Positions 20,617 through 30,626 are shown, counted from the first letter of the stretch. The stretch is 64,000 nucleotides of DNA from Stellaceae bacterium (GCA_035945115.1 DASZAN010000123.1:28073-92072); one strand, 5' to 3'. Made by a program: numbers and translations. The notes: generated by a model not told the origin, from the letters alone.

Positions 20617-20850
20617 CTGCGCCGTTGCCGTGAGCAGGACCTCGTCCCTGGCACCGCTTAACCCTCGCAGACCAGGTCGTCGCTGGCTGCGGCTCGGTGC
20701 CAGAAACTGACCCACAGGGTAAAGCCCTTTCTCCGCGATCGCCGCGACCTTATTGGCGGTAGCACCGTGCGCATTGACGTTCGGCCGGACGCCTAGCCAC
20801 CCGCCGCCGGCGTCAGTCCGTTTCGATCGGCAATGACATATCCTTCGCCC
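20617..20850 (-). mobile_element. IS5-family transposase C-terminal remnant
   Basis: The minus-strand translation ...VRPNVNAHGATANKVAAIAEKGLYPVGQFLAP...ATAQNLRRLAKLLW resembles the conserved C-terminal end of IS5/IS1182-type DDE transposases. There is no N-terminus or inverted repeats. Confidence 0.4.
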
Positions 20851-21687
20851 ATTCACCCATAGAGCCGTCATAGAGCAATAGATTGTCGTAGCCCAGCTGG
20901 TACAGCAGGAAGAGATCGATGGTGGCAGAAATACCGCCGCCGCAATAGCAGATGATCTGCTTCTCCTTGGTCACGCCCTCCGCCGCGAAGCGCGCCGCAG
21001 CATCGCTCGGGGCAACGAAATCTTTCGCCGCGGGGCTTATGAGCGCCGCGGCCGGGACATTGACGCTGCCCGGGATCCGCCCTGGCCTGCCGTAGCGGCT
21101 GGGATCGCGACCGCTGTGGAATTGCGGGCCAAGCGCATTGACCAGGACGACATCCCGGCAATCGAGCGCCGCGAGGACCGCTTTCTTGTCGACGAAGAAG
21201 CCCGGCCGCGGTGCGGCCTCGAAGACGGAAGGGGGATAACCCTTGGCGGGTCCGCTCTCGGTGGGACGACCCTCAGCCCGCCATTGTCAAAGCCGCCATC
21301 GAGCACCGCCGCTTCGTCGAAGCCGAGCGACTTGAGCATCCACCAAAAGCGTGTCGCCCACATCATCGTGCCGATGCTGTAGAGGACGACACGAGTTCCC
21401 TGGCCGATGCCGTGACGCGCAAAAGCTCTCTCGAGCGCGGCCGCCGTTGGCATCATGAAGCGCAGCCGCGTGGCAGCATCGGAGAACTCGCCCTGCAGGT
21501 CGAGAAAATCGGCGCCGGGGACATGCGCCTCTTCGAAGCTTTTGCTCCCGGGAACGGGAAGGTAGGGGTCGTCGCTGCCAGGGGGCGCGGGAGCGAGATA
21601 GGTCGTGCAGTCATAGACTCTCAGATCCGCGCGGCCCAGCTCGGCGGCCAACTGCGCGGTGCTGATGAGCGCCTTCGAGTCGCGCAT
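20814..21687 (-). pseudogene. sseA: 3-mercaptopyruvate/thiosulfate sulfurtransferase (two rhodanese domains) interrupted by a -1 frameshift
   Basis: The N-terminal rhodanese domain reads in one frame up to ...LDGGFDNGG. The C-terminal domain (AEGRPTESGP...QIICYCGGGISATIDLF...MGEWAKDMSLPIETD*) continues in another frame. A single missing base is inferred near 21265-21275. Confidence 0.6.
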
Positions 21688-21780
21688 CACCTTCCTCGAA
21701 AAACTGCCGTGATTGAACGGCGATCCTAGCATTATTCGGCAACGCCATTTAAGAGTTATCGAGGGTCCGAGATGGGTCAA

Positions 21781-21955
21781 ACTCATTGGCCTCGGAGCCG
21801 GAATTGTGTCGCCTCAGTTTGGGTGTGACTGCTCGCACCGGCGAGCCGGATAACCCGTCGTCGGCCGAACGTCCGCTTAGCCCCCGATCGCGGCGCAAAA
21901 GCGAACATGGCGAGAGGACCGGGTTGTGCCATAAGCAGAAGTCGGCTGCTCATTC
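21781..21955. repeat. duplicated composite fragment: 23 bp from inside the aminotransferase CDS (17437-17459) joined to about 125 bp of its upstream region (17929-18050)
   Basis: Direct sequence comparison shows near-identity, with the junction at ggaattg|tgtcgcc. In both copies the fragment is followed by an SBP gene 3' end. Confidence 0.7.
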
Positions 21956-22933
21956 AATCACCCCGTCGGCGCGCGCAATCAGCACTGGCGAAATCTCGAG
22001 GTTAAGCGCCTTCGCGGTCTTTAGATTGATGATCATGTCGAAGTGGGTCGGCTGCTCGATCGGGATGTCGGCTGGTTTCGCGCCCTTGGCGATGCGATCG
22101 ACGTACAACGCCACATCTCTGAGGACAGCGGTGACAGTGACGCCATAGCTCAGCAGTGCACCCGATTCGGCGTGCTCGGGAAACGCGCCGATGGCGGGGA
22201 TGCGACGCTCGAGCAGAAGCGCGAGAAGCGCCACCCGATCGCGATAGAAGCGCGGAGTCGCCGGGATCACCAAGGGCGCACCCGGTGTCTCTGCCATGGG
22301 TGCGAGAGCGGCCGAATAGTCGGGCGGCTCGCCGCTAGCCTCGACAAGATGAGGCTCGAAACCGAGCGTTCTCGCCACTTCCGCTGCGGCGTCGGCTTGG
22401 TCGCGCGATACCGCATCCCACAGCAGCCAAAGCGCGCGCGCCTCGGGCATGGCTTGCCGCGCGAGCTCGACGCGCTTCTTTGCCAACTCGATTTGGCGAA
22501 CGAATATCCCGGTCATGTTGCCGCCGGGCTTGGCGAGGTTCGTGACAAAGCCCTTCGCGAAAGGATCGAAGTCGAGGGCAAAAAAGACCACAGGAACTTG
22601 GTTTCCCGCAGCGCCCACTGCCGCGCTGAGCGCCGCCTCGTTTCCAGCGGCAATGAGAATGTCGCAGCCGCGAGCGGTCAGCTCGCGATAGCCCGCCGCA
22701 TAGTCGTCGAGGCTCCGTATGTGCACGAAGTCAAAGGCGAAGTTCGCACCCTCTTGGTAGCCGAGCTCGCCCATGCGCTTCACAAACGCGTCGTGCTGCG
22801 CCGAGCGTGGCAGCAGCGTGACATAGCCGACGCGCAACATCTTCTGTGGCGACTGCGCGACGGCGCGGGCCAAGGGGACGAGGACAGCGGTCAGCCCTCC
22901 AAGGGCCGCACGCCGGGTCATACCGGCGCTCAT
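21950..22933 (-). CDS. ABC transporter substrate-binding protein, PF04392 family (paralog 2)
   Basis: Same family as the other paralogs; ends in ADGVIE; its start overlaps the paralog 3 stop. Confidence 0.8.
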   Translation of the reverse strand: MSAGMTRRAALGGLTAVLVPLARAVAQSPQKMLRVGYVTLLPRSAQHDAFVKRMGELGYQEGANFAFDFVHIRSLDDYAAGYRELTARGCDILIAAGNEAALSAAVGAAGNQVPVVFFALDFDPFAKGFVTNLAKPGGNMTGIFVRQIELAKKRVELARQAMPEARALWLLWDAVSRDQADAAAEVARTLGFEPHLVEASGEPPDYSAALAPMAETPGAPLVIPATPRFYRDRVALLALLLERRIPAIGAFPEHAESGALLSYGVTVTAVLRDVALYVDRIAKGAKPADIPIEQPTHFDMIINLKTAKALNLEISPVLIARADGVIE

Positions 22934-23904
22934 TCGATCACCTCGTCGGCTTGGGCGAAGAGCGAGGGCGGGATGGTCAGGCCGAGCGCATTGGCGGTCT
23001 TGAGGTTGATCACCAGCTCGAATTTAGTCGTCCGCGCCACCGGCAGGTCGGCGGGTTTTTCGCCCTTGAGAACGCGGCCGGCGTAGACGCCAGCGAGGCG
23101 ATAGGAATCCGCGCGGCTGGCGCCATAGCTCATCAGGCCCCCGGCCGCGACGTAGTCGCGATACTGGTAGATCGAAGGTACCCTGTGTTTAGCGGCCAAC
23201 GCCGCGACCTGCTCGCGCCGGTCATCTAACAAATTCCCGCTGCCGACCATGAGCGCGTCGGCGCGCGGTTGGGTTAATTCCACGAACGCCGTATCGATCT
23301 CACCGGCGGTGCTGGCCTTGAGGATACGGATTTGCAGCCCGAGCGCTCGCGCCGCCTCCTCAATCTCATTGGATTGGGTCTCCGCTCGCGGATCGTTCGG
23401 GTCCACGAGCAACCCGACAGTCTTGGCCGCAGGGAGCAAATCGTGCAGCACCCCTAGTCGCTTCGCCACCAACTCGGAACTCAGCTGGGTGACGCCGGTG
23501 GCGTTGCCGCCCGGCCTGTTAATGCTCGCGACGAGGCCGAGTTTGACGGGGTCACCGGCTGTCTCGAAGACGATCGGAATGACCGTGGTCGCGGCCTTGG
23601 CTGCAAGGGCCGCGGATGTACCAGCCGCTGCGATCAGGCTTACCGGGCGCCCGACCAACTGCGCCGCAAAGGCTGGCAGCCGATCCAGTCGATTTTCCGC
23701 CCAGAGATAGTCGACTGTGACGTTTTGACCATCGGCGTAGCCGGCTTCCTTCAGGCCCGCGACAAAGGCCGACGTGTTGCGCCGAAGCGGCGCGGCCGAT
23801 CCGCCGCTGAGGTAGCCGATCGAGGGCATGGTCGCCTGCGCGCGCGCCGCCAGCGGCCACGCCGCAGCGCCGCCGACAAGCGCGATGAAATTCCGCCTCC
23901 TCAT
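22930..23904 (-). CDS. ABC transporter substrate-binding protein, PF04392 family (paralog 3)
   Basis: MRRRNFIALVGGAAAWPLAARAQ Tat signal; ends in ADEVIE. Confidence 0.8.
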   Translation of the reverse strand: MRRRNFIALVGGAAAWPLAARAQATMPSIGYLSGGSAAPLRRNTSAFVAGLKEAGYADGQNVTVDYLWAENRLDRLPAFAAQLVGRPVSLIAAAGTSAALAAKAATTVIPIVFETAGDPVKLGLVASINRPGGNATGVTQLSSELVAKRLGVLHDLLPAAKTVGLLVDPNDPRAETQSNEIEEAARALGLQIRILKASTAGEIDTAFVELTQPRADALMVGSGNLLDDRREQVAALAAKHRVPSIYQYRDYVAAGGLMSYGASRADSYRLAGVYAGRVLKGEKPADLPVARTTKFELVINLKTANALGLTIPPSLFAQADEVIE

Positions 23905-23951
23905 GTGTGGATGGCCCCCGCGATGCAAGAGGTCATGGAGCGCGTGGTGCC

Positions 23952-24932
23952 TCACTCAATCACCTCGTCGGCGCGGACCATTAGCGAAGGTGGAATTGTT
24001 AGCCCGAGCGCCTTTGCCGCCTTTGCATTGAGAACCAGCTCGATCTTGGACAATTGCACCACCGGAAGATCGGCGGGCCTTGCGCCGCGGAGGATGCGCC
24101 CGACATAGGCGCCAGCCTCGCGATAAGCGATTGCGTAGTCCGGCCCGTAACTCGCGAGGCCTCCCGCCTCGGAATAGTAGCGCGTATCGAATATCGCCGG
24201 CACAGCTTGGCGAGCGGCAAGCGCAACCAATTGCTCGCGCCGGCTCTCGAAAAGCGGACTACTCGAGACCAGGAGTGCATCAGGGCGCTGCTGAGCAAGG
24301 CTCGCGAAAACGCGGTCGAGTTCCCTCTCGCTGCTGGCTTTGAGGACATTGAGCCGCACGCCAAGCCGGTTCGCTGCTACTGGTAAAGATGCAGCGTCGA
24401 ACTCGGCAACCGCGGTACCGGGATTGACGAGGACGGCGATGTTCTCAGCGGTGGGCACGAGATCGTGCAATATCTCAAGCCGCTTGGCCGTTAGCTCCGA
24501 GGAAAGCAGGCTAATGCCGGTGACGTTTCCGCCCGGTCGGTTGAGTGTTGCGACGAGGCCGGAGGCGACGGGATCGATCCCGGCGGTAAACACGATCGGA
24601 ATATTGGCAGTCGCTCGTTTTGCCGCTCGTGCTGAGCGGCCGCCGCCGGTCGCGGCGATAACGGCGACGCCGCGTGCGGCGAGATCGCGCGCCAATTCGG
24701 CGAGCCGATCATCGTTGCCCTCGGCCCAGCGGTACTCAATCGCGACATTCTGGCCCTCGACATAGCCGACCTGACCAAGGCCGATCTTGAAGGCCGCGAC
24801 GCGCGGCGCCCACGGCGCGGGCCACGCGCTGTTGAGAAAGCCGATCACCGGCATCGGCGTCTGCTGCGCACGCGCAGCAAATGGCCACGATGCTGCCGCA
24901 CTCACGGCGATCATGAAATCGCGCCGCCTCAT
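23952..24932 (-). CDS. ABC transporter substrate-binding protein, PF04392 family (paralog 4)
   Basis: MRRRDFMIAVSAAASWPFAARAQ; ends in ADEVIE; the first gene of a three-gene tandem. Confidence 0.8.
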   Translation of the reverse strand: MRRRDFMIAVSAAASWPFAARAQQTPMPVIGFLNSAWPAPWAPRVAAFKIGLGQVGYVEGQNVAIEYRWAEGNDDRLAELARDLAARGVAVIAATGGGRSARAAKRATANIPIVFTAGIDPVASGLVATLNRPGGNVTGISLLSSELTAKRLEILHDLVPTAENIAVLVNPGTAVAEFDAASLPVAANRLGVRLNVLKASSERELDRVFASLAQQRPDALLVSSSPLFESRREQLVALAARQAVPAIFDTRYYSEAGGLASYGPDYAIAYREAGAYVGRILRGARPADLPVVQLSKIELVLNAKAAKALGLTIPPSLMVRADEVIE

Positions 24933-25266
24933 GTCTCCCCCTGGCCCCAACCGCCCCTATTCTATCAGGCTACGGACTAGCCGGCGTGCGAAACGTCACA
25001 GCTTCCGCTCTTACGGGCCTTGGGCGCGCACGAATACCGCCGCTCCTTGCGATGTCTCAGTTGGGTCAAAGTGAGAAGAGCTGTGCCGTCACGCATAGGT
25101 CGGTAAACCGCCTGAAGGCGGACTTGCGGAGAGCAAAGCGTTTGGTTGCACTTTGACCCTAACCGGTCATTGTCCTTGCTAACCAGCCGGCGGCGGCAAT
25201 GAGACCGAGGCGGGCCAATTGATACGGTCGAAAACGTCACCGAATTCGCCACAGGCGCCGCGCCTC

Positions 25267-26142
25267 TCACGCGAGGTTCCGGATGCTCCGATGACGGTGC
25301 GGTGCAAGCTCCCGCGGAAGCGCCCTCCGGTTCAGCCCGCCCTCGTCGATCCATTTCTGCGATGATCGGACGGCCTGTTCGATGAGCGATCGCGCGGCCG
25401 AGAAATCGAAGGGAGACACGGCGAGCGGGCACAGCGTCGGCACGACGTGAACCTCGATGTCCTGGGGCATCCGCTCCAGTTCATAGATGAGCTGCCAATT
25501 AATCATCAAGGTGATCGCGTGCAGCGCCTTGGCGATCGCGCGCTTCGGCGGTTCTATCAGCGCGCAGGCGTAGCCGGTCGGAAGAATGATGATCCGCGAC
25601 GCCCCGAGCTCAATGGCCAGGCGCACGGGTGTGTTGGCCGCAATCGCTCCGTCCATCAACGCTTCGCCCTCGATCTCCACGGTCGGGAAAACCCCAGGGA
25701 TCGCCGTGGTCGCCAGAATGGCCTCGACCGCCAGACCAGTGGACAGGCGAACCGCCAGCCCCTGCTGGTTCGTCGCCATGATGTGGAGCGGAATCTGCGC
25801 CTCCTCCAGACGCTCAAAGGGCAAATTTCTTTCGACCACTTGGCGGAGCCCACCCGGATCGACGACGTTGCCCGGATGTCTGATGAGCCCGAGGACGCTC
25901 CCCAGGGTCAACGGAAAAATGTCTGAGCGCCGCAGACCCGACCAGATCCGCTCCAACGCGGCGACCCCTCCGGCGTTCGGGGTGCCTGCAAAGTAGCTCG
26001 CGTTGATCGCGCCGACCGACGCACCAACCACGAAATCTGGTTGCACCCCAGATGACAATAATACGCGCAACATGCCAACTTGGATCGCACCGAGGCTTCC
26101 CCCGCCGGCGAAGACGAATGCTGTTTTCCTGCCCTGAGCCAC
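25267..26142 (-). CDS. patatin-like phospholipase
   Basis: FAGGGSLGAIQVG (oxyanion and Gly-rich motifs), GASVGAI (GxSxG) and DGA. The start is uncertain (GTG near 26142). Confidence 0.75.
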   Translation of the reverse strand: MAQGRKTAFVFAGGGSLGAIQVGMLRVLLSSGVQPDFVVGASVGAINASYFAGTPNAGGVAALERIWSGLRRSDIFPLTLGSVLGLIRHPGNVVDPGGLRQVVERNLPFERLEEAQIPLHIMATNQQGLAVRLSTGLAVEAILATTAIPGVFPTVEIEGEALMDGAIAANTPVRLAIELGASRIIILPTGYACALIEPPKRAIAKALHAITLMINWQLIYELERMPQDIEVHVVPTLCPLAVSPFDFSAARSLIEQAVRSSQKWIDEGGLNRRALPRELAPHRHRSIRNLA

Positions 26143-26349
26143 AGAGCCCCGTCCTTCTTCCTGCCCGACCGCCGGCCCCCTCGACAATCGGTCGACCTTG
26201 CTTATTCCATGAGATAAGTCGCCATTCCCGCCGAGCGCCCTATCGACTGATCAACAGCGGTCATGGACTGACGCGAGATCACCCCCTCGGGAGCTTCTCG
26301 CGCAGCACGACGCCGATCCCAAACTTGTAGACCAACTGGCCGCACGAGA

Positions 26350-26574
26350 TCAGTGGCCAATCCCGGCAACGGATCGTAGTCCCCCCTCCGCCCAGCGGTA
26401 TTCGATTGCAACGTTCTGACCCTCGCGATAGCCCGCTTCACTGAGCCCTTGCAGAAAGCCCGCCAAGTAAGGCGCGTATCCCTGTCGCGATGCTCCATTG
26501 AGAAAGCCAATCACCGGCATCGCCGCCTGATCGGCGCGCGCCAGCAGGGGAGCCGCGACGGCTGTGCCGAGCAC
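26350..26574 (-). pseudogene. 5' fragment of a fifth PF04392 SBP paralog (truncated after about 65 codons)
   Basis: N-terminal [46 protein letters not shown] matches the paralogs, then diverges and terminates. It is preceded by the same conserved upstream element. Confidence 0.55.
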
Positions 26575-26727
26575 ACCTATGAAATGGCCCCGCCGGATTT
26601 GTCCCCCCTCGTCGCCTGCTCTGGCGAAACCTCGCTGCGCTGAATTGAGGCTATTCTATCACCTTGGCATCGGGCGGGTGTGCGAAACCTCACCCGGTGG
26701 TACCCTAGAGCCCGAACGAGGGTTTTT

Positions 26728-27408
26728 ATGGAACTGAACGCCGACTTCTCCAAACGCGCCGTCGTTCATGCCGCGCGCGTTTCGTGGGTGCCCTCGCCAA
26801 TTGCTGGGGTCGAAAGGCGCATGCTCGACCGGATTGGCGAAGAGGTGTCACGCGCCACGTCGATCGTGCGCTATGCGTCGAACTCGCGTTTCTCCGCGCA
26901 TACCCATGGCGGCGGTGAGGAGTTCATCGTCCTCGACGGTGTGTTCTCTGACGAGCACGGCGATTTCCCAGCCGGCTCTTACATCCGCAATCCACCGGGT
27001 TCACGCCACACGCCGGGCTCGGAAAAGGGATGCATCATTTTCGTGAAGCTCTGGCAGTTCGATCCCGAAGACCGCAAGCACGTCCGCATCGACGCGACCA
27101 AAAGACCGTTTTTGCCCACGCGGGATCGGCCGGGGGTTGAGGTTTTGCTGCTGCACGAAGACGCGCGCGAAAACGTGCGCCTTGAACGTTGGAGCGCGGA
27201 TACGCAAATCTTTCTGCGCGCTACCGGCGGAGCGGAAATCCTGGTTCTCGAAGGTGGCTTCAGCGACGGCGACGAGACGTTTGAACCGCAATCCTGGTTG
27301 AGGTTGCCCGTCGATGCGATGCTCACGGCTCGGCCCGGCGCGAACGGTTGCAAAGTCTGGGTCAAGACCGGCCATCTCGCGCGACCGCAAACCGCGCCGA
27401 GGCTTTAA
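26728..27408 (+). CDS. bicupin protein (ChrR-like cupin domains)
   Basis: Two cupin beta-barrel motifs (HTHGGGEEFIVLDG ...). Confidence 0.6.
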   Translation: MELNADFSKRAVVHAARVSWVPSPIAGVERRMLDRIGEEVSRATSIVRYASNSRFSAHTHGGGEEFIVLDGVFSDEHGDFPAGSYIRNPPGSRHTPGSEKGCIIFVKLWQFDPEDRKHVRIDATKRPFLPTRDRPGVEVLLLHEDARENVRLERWSADTQIFLRATGGAEILVLEGGFSDGDETFEPQSWLRLPVDAMLTARPGANGCKVWVKTGHLARPQTAPRL

Positions 27409-27479
27409 GTCTTTCGAACCTGTCGCAAGGCGTAGGCGCTAAAATGTTCGGCGCCCTCTTGGTCGCCAAGCTCGCCCCG

Positions 27480-28298
27480 CTAAAGGATCTTCGAGAGAAA
27501 CGCCTGCGTCCGCTTTTGAACGGGGCTCAGGAAGAGGCGGTCGGGCGTGCCCTCTTCGACGATCCGGCCGTCGTCCATCATGACCACGCGATCGGCGACC
27601 TCGCGGGCAAAGCCCATCTCGTGCGACACCACGATCATGGTCATGCCCTCGCGGGCAAGCTCCCGCATCACCTCGAGCACCTCGCCGATCATTTCCGGAT
27701 CGAGCGCGCTGGTCGGCTCGTCGAACAGCATGAGACTCGGCTTCATGGCGAGCGCGCGCGCGATCGCGACGCGCTGTTGCTGACCGCCCGACAATTGCGC
27801 CGGATAGACATCGACCTTGTCGGATAGGCCGACGCGGGCGAGGAGGTCACGGCCGATTGCAACGGCCTCGCGCTCGGGGATGCCCAAGACATGGATCGGC
27901 GCCTCGATGACGTTGCCGAGGGCGGTCTTGTGGTGAAACAGGTTGAAGCGCTGGAAGACCATGCCGATTTCGCGCCGCTGCCGCGCGATGTTCCGCTCGC
28001 GGTCCTCCATCAAGCGGCCACGGCTTTCGCGATAGCCGATCAGGTGTCCGTTGACGAAGATGCGGCCGCTCTCGATCTTTTCGAGGTGGTTGAGACAGCG
28101 CACGAAGGTGGTCTTGCCGGACCCGGACGGGCCGATGATGACCACCACCTCGCCGCGCCGAACGGTGAGCGACACACCCTTCAAAACCTCGAGCTTTCCG
28201 TAGGATTTGCGCACCTCGACGGCGCGGACCACCTCCTCGCTCGCGGGCTCGGGGACGCCGCCGATCGACGATACAATATCCGCGCTGGCGCCGCTCAT
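27480..28298 (-). CDS. amino-acid ABC transporter ATP-binding protein
   Basis: Walker [10 protein letters not shown], signature [15 protein letters not shown], and Walker [13 protein letters not shown]. Confidence 0.9.
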   Translation of the reverse strand: MSGASADIVSSIGGVPEPASEEVVRAVEVRKSYGKLEVLKGVSLTVRRGEVVVIIGPSGSGKTTFVRCLNHLEKIESGRIFVNGHLIGYRESRGRLMEDRERNIARQRREIGMVFQRFNLFHHKTALGNVIEAPIHVLGIPEREAVAIGRDLLARVGLSDKVDVYPAQLSGGQQQRVAIARALAMKPSLMLFDEPTSALDPEMIGEVLEVMRELAREGMTMIVVSHEMGFAREVADRVVMMDDGRIVEEGTPDRLFLSPVQKRTQAFLSKIL

Positions 28299-29077
28299 GC
28301 CTTCTTCCGCACCGCCGCGAAAATCGCGGAGCCGAAGAAGCGCTCGCCGAAGCCCGGCACGATGGTGGCGCGGCCCGAGGGCTCGCTGCAGCGCAATTCG
28401 ATCCGGTTTTGGATGATGCCCCAAAGGGTGGTGAGCGTGAGATAGTAGAGCGCCACGACGGAATAGAGCTCGAACACGCGGAACGTCGCCGATGTCAGCG
28501 TCTCCGTCGTGAGCAACAGCTCGGGCACGCCGATGACGCTGACCAGCGTCGTGTTCTTCAGCATCGCGTTGAATTCGTTGCCGAGCGGCGGGATCACGAA
28601 GCGCGCCGCTTGCGGCAGCACAATTCGCCGCATCAGGAGCCCATAAGTCATGCCGACCGATTTCGCCGCCTCGGTCTGCCCGCTATCCACCGCGGAGATG
28701 CCGGCGCGGATGATCTCGGCCATATAGGCCGTCTCGTTCAAGCTCAGCGCGACGAGGCCCGCTTGGACATTGCCGGGGATGGTCAGGATGCCCAGCGAGA
28801 TGTCCTCGAAGCGGAAGATGCCGCCGGCAGCAAGGCCCGTGTAGATGAAGACGATCTGAACCAGGAGCGGCGTTCCCCGCATGATCCAGATATAGCCGCG
28901 TACCAGATACTGGAGCGGCGCTAGTCGCGACATGCGGCCGAGCGCGGCGAACAGGCCTAAAAGCGTGCCGAGCGCCTGTGCGGCGACGCTCAGCACCAAC
29001 GTCAGCATCAGGCCATGGAGATACGCCGAACTCGGACGAAGCAAATAATGCCAGAAGAAAGGCCAATCAAAGCTCAT
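28295..29077 (-). CDS. amino-acid ABC transporter permease (His/Glu/Gln/Arg/opine family)
   Basis: TM protein with an EAA-like loop; overlaps the ATPase gene by 4 nt. Confidence 0.8.
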   Translation of the reverse strand: MSFDWPFFWHYLLRPSSAYLHGLMLTLVLSVAAQALGTLLGLFAALGRMSRLAPLQYLVRGYIWIMRGTPLLVQIVFIYTGLAAGGIFRFEDISLGILTIPGNVQAGLVALSLNETAYMAEIIRAGISAVDSGQTEAAKSVGMTYGLLMRRIVLPQAARFVIPPLGNEFNAMLKNTTLVSVIGVPELLLTTETLTSATFRVFELYSVVALYYLTLTTLWGIIQNRIELRCSEPSGRATIVPGFGERFFGSAIFAAVRKKA

Positions 29078-29086
29078 CGGCCTTCC

Positions 29087-29941
29087 TCACTTCATCATGT
29101 CTCCCTCGATATGCCACTTCTTGAGGATAGCGAGCAGTGCGCCGTCCTGCTTCATGGCATCGACCGCCTTCTGGACTCCCTCGGCCATTCCCGCATCGTT
29201 CTTGCGCAGCCCGATCGCCGTGAGGATCTGGTGGAAGGGCGGACCCGCCACTTCGAACGTCTTCGGCGACTTGTCCATATAGTAGGCAGCACTCTCGAGT
29301 GTCGTGCCGTAGACGTCGACTTGACCGATCTGCAGCGCCTGCAGCGCGTCGGTATCCTTCGGGAAGACGACGACGTCGGCTGACTTCTTTCCGGCCGCTT
29401 GGAACTTCTTGTTCTGATCCTCGATCAGCTCCTGGATGGTGGTTCCGTTCTCGACCGCCACCTTGTGGCCGGAGAGATCCTCGATCGAATGGACCTTCTT
29501 GGGATTGCCGGAATGAACCAGGAACGCCTCGCTCGAATTCATGTAGTCGACGAGGTCGATGGTCTGACGCCGCTCGGGCTTGTCGAAGAGTTGCGAGATG
29601 ACGGCGTCGCATTGCTGCGCCAACAGGGCGGGAACGAGGCCTTTGAACGGAATATTCTTCCATTCGACCTTCACGCCGAAGCGCTTCGCGATCTCGTTGC
29701 CGATGTCGATGTCGGAGCCGACCGGCTTGGTGCTCTCGTCGAGAAACTCGATCGGCGGGCTCGTCATGTCCGAGCAATAAACGATCGCGCCGGAGTCGGC
29801 GATGCGTTTCGGCGCCATGGCGCTGGCCGCCGCAGCGCTGCCGGGGAGCGCCACGCCCCATCCGATGAGCGCGGAACAAGAAACGACCAGCGATAGTATC
29901 AGGCTAGGGCGAGCGTCTCGCCCGGCTTGCTCGTGTAGCAT
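29087..29941 (-). CDS. amino-acid ABC transporter substrate-binding protein (SBP_bac_3)
   Basis: A signal peptide followed by a periplasmic-binding-protein family 3 fold. Confidence 0.75.
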   Translation of the reverse strand: MLHEQAGRDARPSLILSLVVSCSALIGWGVALPGSAAAASAMAPKRIADSGAIVYCSDMTSPPIEFLDESTKPVGSDIDIGNEIAKRFGVKVEWKNIPFKGLVPALLAQQCDAVISQLFDKPERRQTIDLVDYMNSSEAFLVHSGNPKKVHSIEDLSGHKVAVENGTTIQELIEDQNKKFQAAGKKSADVVVFPKDTDALQALQIGQVDVYGTTLESAAYYMDKSPKTFEVAGPPFHQILTAIGLRKNDAGMAEGVQKAVDAMKQDGALLAILKKWHIEGDMMK

Positions 29942-30626
29942 GATGCTGCTCCCTATGTTGCGCGGTTATGACCCACAGCGCGTCTTCCCAGGAACGCTTC
30001 ACATGTCGCGTAGCGATCTTGGCAGCGCGCTTTTCGTCGCGAGCGGTCACGGCATCGACGAGCTCGCGATGCTCTTTCCGGGTGAGTGGCCATTTGTCAA
30101 ACCACAGCACGTCGATCCAGGTCAGCAGGCGCAGCCGATCGTAGATCTGAAGCAAGGTCTCGCGGACGAAGCTGTTGCCGCTTTCGCGGGCGATCACTTC
30201 GTGGATGCGGAGCCCCAGCTGGACCTCTTGCCTGAGTTCCGCCGCACGGGGGTTTTTCTTCCGTTCGAAAACGGCAAGCTGCCGGATGATGTCCCTGAGC
30301 TCGCGGATGCCCTCGTCGCTGATCAGCCGGGCGGCGGCGCGTACCGCATGCACCTCGAGCAGCTCGCGGAATTCGTAAATCTCGTCCACCGCCTTGGGAT
30401 CGAACTCCGGCGCGAAATAACCCAGGCCGGGCTTGCTGACGGCGAGACCGTCCCGTTCGAGCCGCCCCAGAGCTTCGCGCAGCGGCGTGCGGCTGACCTG
30501 AATCCGGCGCGCGAGCTCGCGCTCACCGAGGCGTTCGCCCGGACGCACCTCGCCGGATAGGATCATTGATCTCAGCGAATCGTACGCGATCTGGCTCAGC
30601 GACCGGTCGCTTTCTTGATCCGTCAT
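29904..30626 (-). CDS. GntR-family transcriptional regulator (FadR/FCD subfamily)
   Basis: N-terminal winged-helix HTH (IAYDSLRSMILSGEVRPGERLGERELARRIQVSRTPLREAL) plus an FCD domain. Confidence 0.8.
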   Translation of the reverse strand: MTDQESDRSLSQIAYDSLRSMILSGEVRPGERLGERELARRIQVSRTPLREALGRLERDGLAVSKPGLGYFAPEFDPKAVDEIYEFRELLEVHAVRAAARLISDEGIRELRDIIRQLAVFERKKNPRAAELRQEVQLGLRIHEVIARESGNSFVRETLLQIYDRLRLLTWIDVLWFDKWPLTRKEHRELVDAVTARDEKRAAKIATRHVKRSWEDALWVITAQHREQHHATRASRARRSP

